A stretch of DNA of 32,000 bases from Acidobacteriota bacterium (GTDB taxonomy: Bacteria > Acidobacteriota > Terriglobia > Versatilivoradales > Versatilivoraceae). The stretch covers positions 112,300 through 144,299 of the forward strand of contig JBFMEW010000019.1 in assembly GCA_040753175.1 (NCBI GenBank), given 5' to 3'. Of the stretch, positions 27,902 through 32,000 are shown one piece after another (the stretch's first letter is position 1; the number at the start of each line of letters is the position of its first letter). Below the pieces are notes generated by a model that worked only from the letters and a program-made list of their open reading frames with translations, did not search any database and was not told where the DNA came from. Position numbers and translations under genes: made by a program.

Positions 27902-28393
27902 CTACCGCTTCCATCCAAACTTTTCGGCCTGCGCGCCCCACTTCTGAAAAGCCATCTCCTTAGCCCGTTGTTTCACCACCTTGTCCAGGTCGGCGAAGAC
28001 CTGAAAGTTTCCGGCCAGAACTTCGCCGGCATAGGTCTTGAGATTGTAGGCTTGGCCTAGGACGGCGTTCAACAGCACATTCTCCCCCTTCGGGGATGGG
28101 CCGGGCCTGCCGCCTTTCAAGAACACCAAGTCATCCAGATCGAAGGTGAAGAGTTCCGTGTCGGGCCTAATCTCCCCGACAGGCATGACGATCTCGCCCT
28201 TCATCAATCTGGCGAGTTGTACCAGAACAATCAGGCCGCGATTCTCCAGAGTCACCACCACGCCGGTGGTTTTGTTCTGGGTGGAAAACCGCTCACCCCA
28301 GGAATGGCGCTGTTTGCTGGCGCCCTTGCATCCATAATCGGACTTGAGAAAGGCGAAGTGGACCTCACAGGCATCGAAGAATGGATCGCTCAT
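27902..28393 (-). CDS. Hypothetical 163-aa protein (candidate immunity protein) in the RHS-associated island
   Basis: GAGGAGG RBS then ATG at 28393. The product is MSDPFFDACEVHFAFLKSDYGCKG...VVVTLENRGLIVLVQLARL...FADLDKVVKQRAKEMAFQKWG. The 59-codon Arg/Cys-rich upstream extension of ORF 27902..28570 is rejected. Confidence 0.55.
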   Translation of the reverse strand: MSDPFFDACEVHFAFLKSDYGCKGASKQRHSWGERFSTQNKTTGVVVTLENRGLIVLVQLARLMKGEIVMPVGEIRPDTELFTFDLDDLVFLKGGRPGPSPKGENVLLNAVLGQAYNLKTYAGEVLAGNFQVFADLDKVVKQRAKEMAFQKWGAQAEKFGWKR

Positions 28394-28506
28394 TGGCCTC
28401 CTCTCACCGCCGCCGGCCTGGAAGCGGCCCTGGCTGCTTAGCCACCGCCACCCTCGAACTGAAGGACAGATTCGAGTGCTCTTTCTTGCCCGACACCGCG
28501 TCGGAA

Positions 28507-28917
28507 TCAGACGACAGACTGCAAAAGGTTGGACACGAAATCCGGGTCGTCGATCTCTTCCACCGAGCATCGCCGGATCTCCCGATAGTCGAGCAATCGC
28601 TGAAAGCTGCCGAGAAAACGGCGCACTTCACGTCTGGTCAGCAGATAGAACACTTGATGATCCTGCGCGTAGTTGGGGTTCAGTCCCAGGGTAATTTCCA
28701 CGTACCCAAAGATCTTTTGTCTCCGCAATCGCCTTGCCGGCCAATCTCCGTGGATATTCGAAAGAAATCGAAGCTTGCCTCTGGAGGCCATACTTCTCAT
28801 CACGACCTCTGTCGTGACTAGATGCTTTTGAAACTGAATCCAAACCGCCATGGAGAAATCTACCCGGGCGCCCCCGGAATCGCCTGGATAAGAGTCCTTC
28901 GATATCATCGCAGCCAC
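28507..28917 (-). CDS. Hypothetical protein, family A copy 2
   Basis: Paralogous to 28994..29419: GDWPARRLRRQKIFGYVEITLGLNPNYAQDHQVFYLLTRREVRRFL aligns with GGWPARRVRRLRALAFSEVQIVLNPNFLQNEKRFYQLNRHTARSLF. The start is uncertain (GTG at 28917 or ATG at 28908). Confidence 0.55.
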   Translation of the reverse strand: MAAMISKDSYPGDSGGARVDFSMAVWIQFQKHLVTTEVVMRSMASRGKLRFLSNIHGDWPARRLRRQKIFGYVEITLGLNPNYAQDHQVFYLLTRREVRRFLGSFQRLLDYREIRRCSVEEIDDPDFVSNLLQSVV

Positions 28918-28993
28918 GGTCAGCCCCGACGGATGCTCCTGCTTTCAGGCGGCACACCAAAATGACTCAACCACGGGAAACCGTTTTCGCTGT

Positions 28994-29419
28994 TCAGAAG
29001 CTTGCCAGGGCATCATTCAGGTCTCTGACCAGCAATTCCCGATTTGCCAAATCAACCACCGAGTAGACCTTCACTGTCTGAAAGGCTGTTGTCTTCTCCC
29101 GGTGAAACAAGCTTCGAGCGGTGTGCCGGTTCAGCTGGTAAAAGCGTTTTTCGTTTTGAAGAAAATTGGGGTTTAAGACGATCTGCACTTCAGAGAACGC
29201 GAGGGCCCTGAGCCTTCTTACTCTGCGAGCCGGCCAGCCACCACCTCTCACCTTCAGGTCGGTCAGAAACAACAGGCGGCACTGGGTTGCTGCCAGACGC
29301 ATGATCCCGTCAACGGTCGCCAGATCGCGTTGGCACTCGATCCAGCTTTCTAGAGGAAAGAGGAAATCCGCCTGTCCTTCATCGCCTCGCAAGTACGCAT
29401 CCAGCGAGAACTGCTTCAT
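28994..29419 (-). CDS. Hypothetical protein, family A copy 1
   Basis: GGAGGTG RBS 3 nt (GAA) before the ATG at 29419, so the GTG at 29431 lies inside the RBS. The product MKQFSLDAYLRGDEGQADFLFPLESWIECQRDL... is conserved with copy 2. Confidence 0.6.
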   Translation of the reverse strand: MKQFSLDAYLRGDEGQADFLFPLESWIECQRDLATVDGIMRLAATQCRLLFLTDLKVRGGGWPARRVRRLRALAFSEVQIVLNPNFLQNEKRFYQLNRHTARSLFHREKTTAFQTVKVYSVVDLANRELLVRDLNDALASF

Positions 29420-29456
29420 TTCCACCTCCACTTAGCGACGCCGCCTTTCACGCCTT

Positions 29457-29753
29457 TCACGATTGCAGTATGACCTCCGGCAAATTCATGGCATAGCCCT
29501 TGTGAACTCGAACGTCGCCATGAACAAAGATGTCACCCGCAATTGCTGAGCAAGTCCAGTTGATGGCAGACACTTCCTTGTCTACGGGCGAGAAAATGAT
29601 CCTACCGCTTTCGTCTGTTTCTTTACTTTCCAACGGTAGCCGCGAATCATCATCCCAGCTGTAAACTCGCTTTTGAATCCGCTGGCCCTGGTAGTTGTAA
29701 GCAAACTCGATCTTCTGTCTAGCGGCCGTGGGAACCGCGGCCATCGCCTCCAT
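29457..29753 (-). pseudogene. Orphan RHS fragment: the first 33 codons repeat a pre-core segment of the upstream RHS gene, then continue into 65 unrelated codons
   Basis: MEAMAAVPTAARQKIEFAYNYQGQRIQKRVYSW aligns with MEAMATVPVAAKLELEFAYNYQSRRIQKRVYSW in the main gene, 25 of 33 identical by hand. It has no RHS core (no GRWLxRDP or DPxG-type junction). An in-frame TAA lies 12 codons upstream of its ATG. Confidence 0.55.
29655..29753 (-). repeat. 99-nt direct repeat, copy 2 (homologous to 31860..31958)
   Basis: Codon-by-codon DNA comparison shows shared blocks atggaRgcgatggcc and gagtttgcttacaactaccag...cggattcaRaagcg...tacagctgg. Confidence 0.7.
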
Positions 29754-29818
29754 GGGGCCTGACCCGAAGCTGACCCGAGGTCGGTAAACTTAAGCGCGGT
29801 TCGGCCACCTACACTGGA

Positions 29819-30703
29819 CTATTGAGTTCGCGCCGTAAGCCGAGCGAACTGTTTGGACGAAAGGTCTCGAATATAAGAGTCCGTGCTTTTCGAAGCTTGC
29901 TGCAGGGCGGGTAGGAGCACCCTTAAATCAAAAAGTGCTGCAGGAAGCTGGTCGATTTCTCGCAGAGCCACACCAGCGGAACGTCTATCGGCGATCAGAA
30001 CGCTTGCCAGCGCATCGGTTCCTTGAGTGTCAGTGGGTTGACCCTTTAGAATCGCCAAAGCTGCATACAGGCGTGCTTCTCCAGCCAGCCCACTCAGACG
30101 ACGTCGTAACTCTGGCATGGCGTCACTGCCAAGGGGACTTAGTTTGTAGAGCGCCATGCTTGCGGATTTCTGCATTGTAAACTCATGAATACTTCCTTCA
30201 GGTCCTTTCTCATCCAAGCTCTTAATCAGTGCTGGTACCGCTGATCTGGCTGCAGGCCCAAGATTCCCCAATGCATCTGCCGCCAACCAGCTAGAGTCCT
30301 CCGCTTTGTATTCCATCAGCACTCTGACCAGTCCACCCACTGCGGGTTCGGCCTTTGCTCCGTACTGACCGAGCCCTTTCACCGCATATCTCCGTACATA
30401 GGGATCCTCGTCTTCTAGCTTTTCAATGAGAAGAGGTACTAACGCATCTCCCAAAGCTTGGCAATGGTGCACTCCCAGATTTCCAGCTACCGACGTTGCT
30501 TGAGTTCTGATCGTCCGATTCTCGTGGGTCAGATAGCCTGTGAGTTGGGTGAGGCTTGCCTTATCAAAGGGGTTTGACTCCAGCAGCCGACGCAAGTTGT
30601 GAATTTGCTCGATCTCCTTTCTCAGTTCAACTTGCCGCATCTGAGCACACCCGGTCAGAGAAACAATAACAATCGCCGCCAGCCGAGAGAGTTTCTGATT
30701 CAT
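29819..30703 (-). CDS. HEAT/ARM-like repeat lipoprotein; positional candidate for the cognate immunity protein of the RHS toxin
   Basis: The start lies 22 nt after the RHS stop. MNQKLSRLAAIVIVSLTGC carries an LTGC lipobox. Repeated helical pairs are visible (LTHENRTIRTQATSVAGNLG, LEDEDPYVRRYAVKGLGQYG, AEDSSWLAADALGNLG, SKSTDSYIRDLSSKQFARL). Composition is AT-rich: 27/60 G+C in 30181-30240. Confidence 0.65.
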   Translation of the reverse strand: MNQKLSRLAAIVIVSLTGCAQMRQVELRKEIEQIHNLRRLLESNPFDKASLTQLTGYLTHENRTIRTQATSVAGNLGVHHCQALGDALVPLLIEKLEDEDPYVRRYAVKGLGQYGAKAEPAVGGLVRVLMEYKAEDSSWLAADALGNLGPAARSAVPALIKSLDEKGPEGSIHEFTMQKSASMALYKLSPLGSDAMPELRRRLSGLAGEARLYAALAILKGQPTDTQGTDALASVLIADRRSAGVALREIDQLPAALFDLRVLLPALQQASKSTDSYIRDLSSKQFARLTARTQ

Positions 30704-30725
30704 CTATGGACTTTCCATGCCAACA

Positions 30726-32000
30726 TCAAAAGTCGAAGGGATTTGGCATTGGCCCCCTTTGAATTGTGGGGGGCACTTTGACCTCCCCTAACTCGCCTCC
30801 GAAGCGAGCTTTTATTTTTGCCCCGATATTCTTGAGATAAATTGTCCAAAGAGCTTTCTGATCTTCGCGCCCCAGGCTTTCGCCAAGTCTATTGAAGATT
30901 CCGCGCGGGCGTTCCCAAGCCTCAGTCACCATATTAATGTCCAGCGGATTAGGAGAGAGTTGATCAACGCGCCACTTTCGGACACCAACTAATGGGTGCC
31001 CTCCAGCCGTTATCGCCTTCGTCTCATCGTCGTTATTGCCTTTGAGATAAACTGGAAATCTTTCATTTACAAGGTTTAACAGGATATCATTGACCGGATT
31101 CTTTAGGTCGAAATAGGCCATCCCATCTGGTGTCAGTCTAACTGCTGCAACATTCTCCTGGGGATCATTCAAGCTCGCAAACCTTGAGAAATCATCGTAG
31201 ACAAAGTTCTTCACTCTTTTGAAGTCGGTTTCTCTAAGACACTTCACCTCCAAGCTGTGTATCGTGTAGGTCCATAATGTTGTCTCTCTGAGCTGCTCCT
31301 TATGCGGCTTCGGCTTAAACCATCTTGACGGAACAGTAGGAAGACCTATTCTTCCATCAGCGTCGATGAAGTCGGTTGGAGCATTGTAGACAAACCCATA
31401 GAGATTCCTGTCACCGATTTCCTCGCTTGGATCTCGTCCAAGCCATCGTCCCGTCACGGGCACGTAGTGCCTATATCCATAGTAGACAAAATCGGTCTCC
31501 TGATCTTTGTATTTCACGCCAATTCCAAAAGGATTGGTCGTAGCATAGTCTCCGATCTGGACCAGCGTTTCTCCGAAAGGGCTGAATTCGTAAGAAGCAG
31601 CAAAGGAACCGCTGCTACCCTTCGTTAGGGCGATCACGTTCCCGTTGCCATCGTAGGATGGAATGTAACTCTCGCCCGAATCGCTAATTACTAGGAGCCC
31701 ACCAATCCCACCGGCGCCTTGCAGCGTGCCACTCAGGTCTTGGCCCCAGAGGTAGCTGCGGATGAGGTTGTCGCTGGCGTCGAGCTCGGCCACAAGGTTC
31801 CAGCCGCCGTAAACGAATCGAGTCGTCGATTGAAGCTGATAGGAGCCGCTGCTTGCATTCCAGCTGTAGACGCGCTTCTGAATCCGGCGGCTCTGGTAGT
31901 TGTAAGCAAACTCCAGCTCCAGTTTGGCAGCCACTGGAACCGTGGCCATCGCTTCCATCGCCATCAGCCGGTTTTCGGCATCCCAGGTGTAGGTCCAGCG
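30726..32000 (-). CDS. RHS/YD-repeat polymorphic toxin: C-terminal portion with the RHS core plus an unassigned 207-aa toxin tip; the 5' end lies beyond the right edge of the window
   Basis: The frame is open to position 32000, reading RWTYTWDAENRLMAMEAM... (a YD repeat). The RHS-associated core reads LWGQDLSGTLQGAGGIGGLL, YDGNGNV, YEFSPFGE, YYGYRHYVPVTGRWLGRDPS, NLYGFVYNAPTDFIDADGR. This is followed by a C-terminal domain I cannot assign (30729..31349). Confidence 0.85.
   Translation of the reverse strand, partial: RWTYTWDAENRLMAMEAMATVPVAAKLELEFAYNYQSRRIQKRVYSWNASSGSYQLQSTTRFVYGGWNLVAELDASDNLIRSYLWGQDLSGTLQGAGGIGGLLVISDSGESYIPSYDGNGNVIALTKGSSGSFAASYEFSPFGETLVQIGDYATTNPFGIGVKYKDQETDFVYYGYRHYVPVTGRWLGRDPSEEIGDRNLYGFVYNAPTDFIDADGRIGLPTVPSRWFKPKPHKEQLRETTLWTYTIHSLEVKCLRETDFKRVKNFVYDDFSRFASLNDPQENVAAVRLTPDGMAYFDLKNPVNDILLNLVNERFPVYLKGNNDDETKAITAGGHPLVGVRKWRVDQLSPNPLDINMVTEAWERPRGIFNRLGESLGREDQKALWTIYLKNIGAKIKARFGGELGEVKVPPTIQRGPMPNPFDF
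31860..31958 (-). repeat. 99-nt direct repeat, copy 1 (inside the RHS gene)
   Basis: See the 29655..29753 entry. This is a plausible recombination substrate for swapping or deleting C-terminal modules. Confidence 0.7.

Noticed and set aside
1-32000. A search for CRISPR arrays, rRNA or tRNA genes, transposases, integrases, reverse transcriptases and IS-type terminal inverted repeats
   Set aside because: I found none by eye on either strand. The only multi-copy DNA is the family B gene triplication, the family A pair (similarity at protein level only) and the 99-nt RHS repeat.

Overview
This is a 32 kb window of high-GC bacterial DNA. Hand counts of typical core lines give about 65% G+C. Strong GGAGG-type ribosome-binding sites precede most genes. 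The gene content resembles environmental Gram-negatives such as Acidobacteriota or Planctomycetota; that placement is inference only. I support about 30 genes.

Left to right:
- A partial vWA/BatA-like gene plus a DUF4159 gene.
- A secreted glycine-zipper protein.
- A beta-helix lipoprotein and a GalT-type HIT transferase.
- A tightly coupled four-gene respiratory operon on the minus strand: Rieske protein, cytochrome b, a membrane-anchored 9-heme cytochrome c and a 5-heme cytochrome c.
- A 790 bp gene-free region.
- A stand-alone atypical Hsp70.
- A GT1 glycosyltransferase, a GMC oxidoreductase, a LolA-like secreted protein, a PQQ-like beta-propeller and a small secreted protein.
- A CoxS-L-M-G type molybdenum hydroxylase cluster with a form-II-like active-site loop.
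- A GYD protein and a 756-aa secreted protein that may be a glycosidase.

The accessory part is 26.5-32.0 kb. An RHS/YD-repeat polymorphic toxin gene enters from the right edge on the minus strand. Its roughly 207-aa C-terminal tip is unrecognisable to me and is AT-rich. Eight co-oriented small genes follow it:
- a HEAT-repeat lipoprotein;
- an orphan RHS fragment that repeats 99 nt of the main gene;
- two paralogues of one unknown family;
- a 163-aa unknown;
- three tandem paralogues of a second unknown family.

I read this as a polymorphic-toxin locus with an immunity and orphan-module island made of families I cannot name. It is the best candidate here for something undescribed.

I found no rRNA, tRNA, CRISPR array, transposase or integrase. 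All homology statements come from motif recognition by eye, because no database search was possible.
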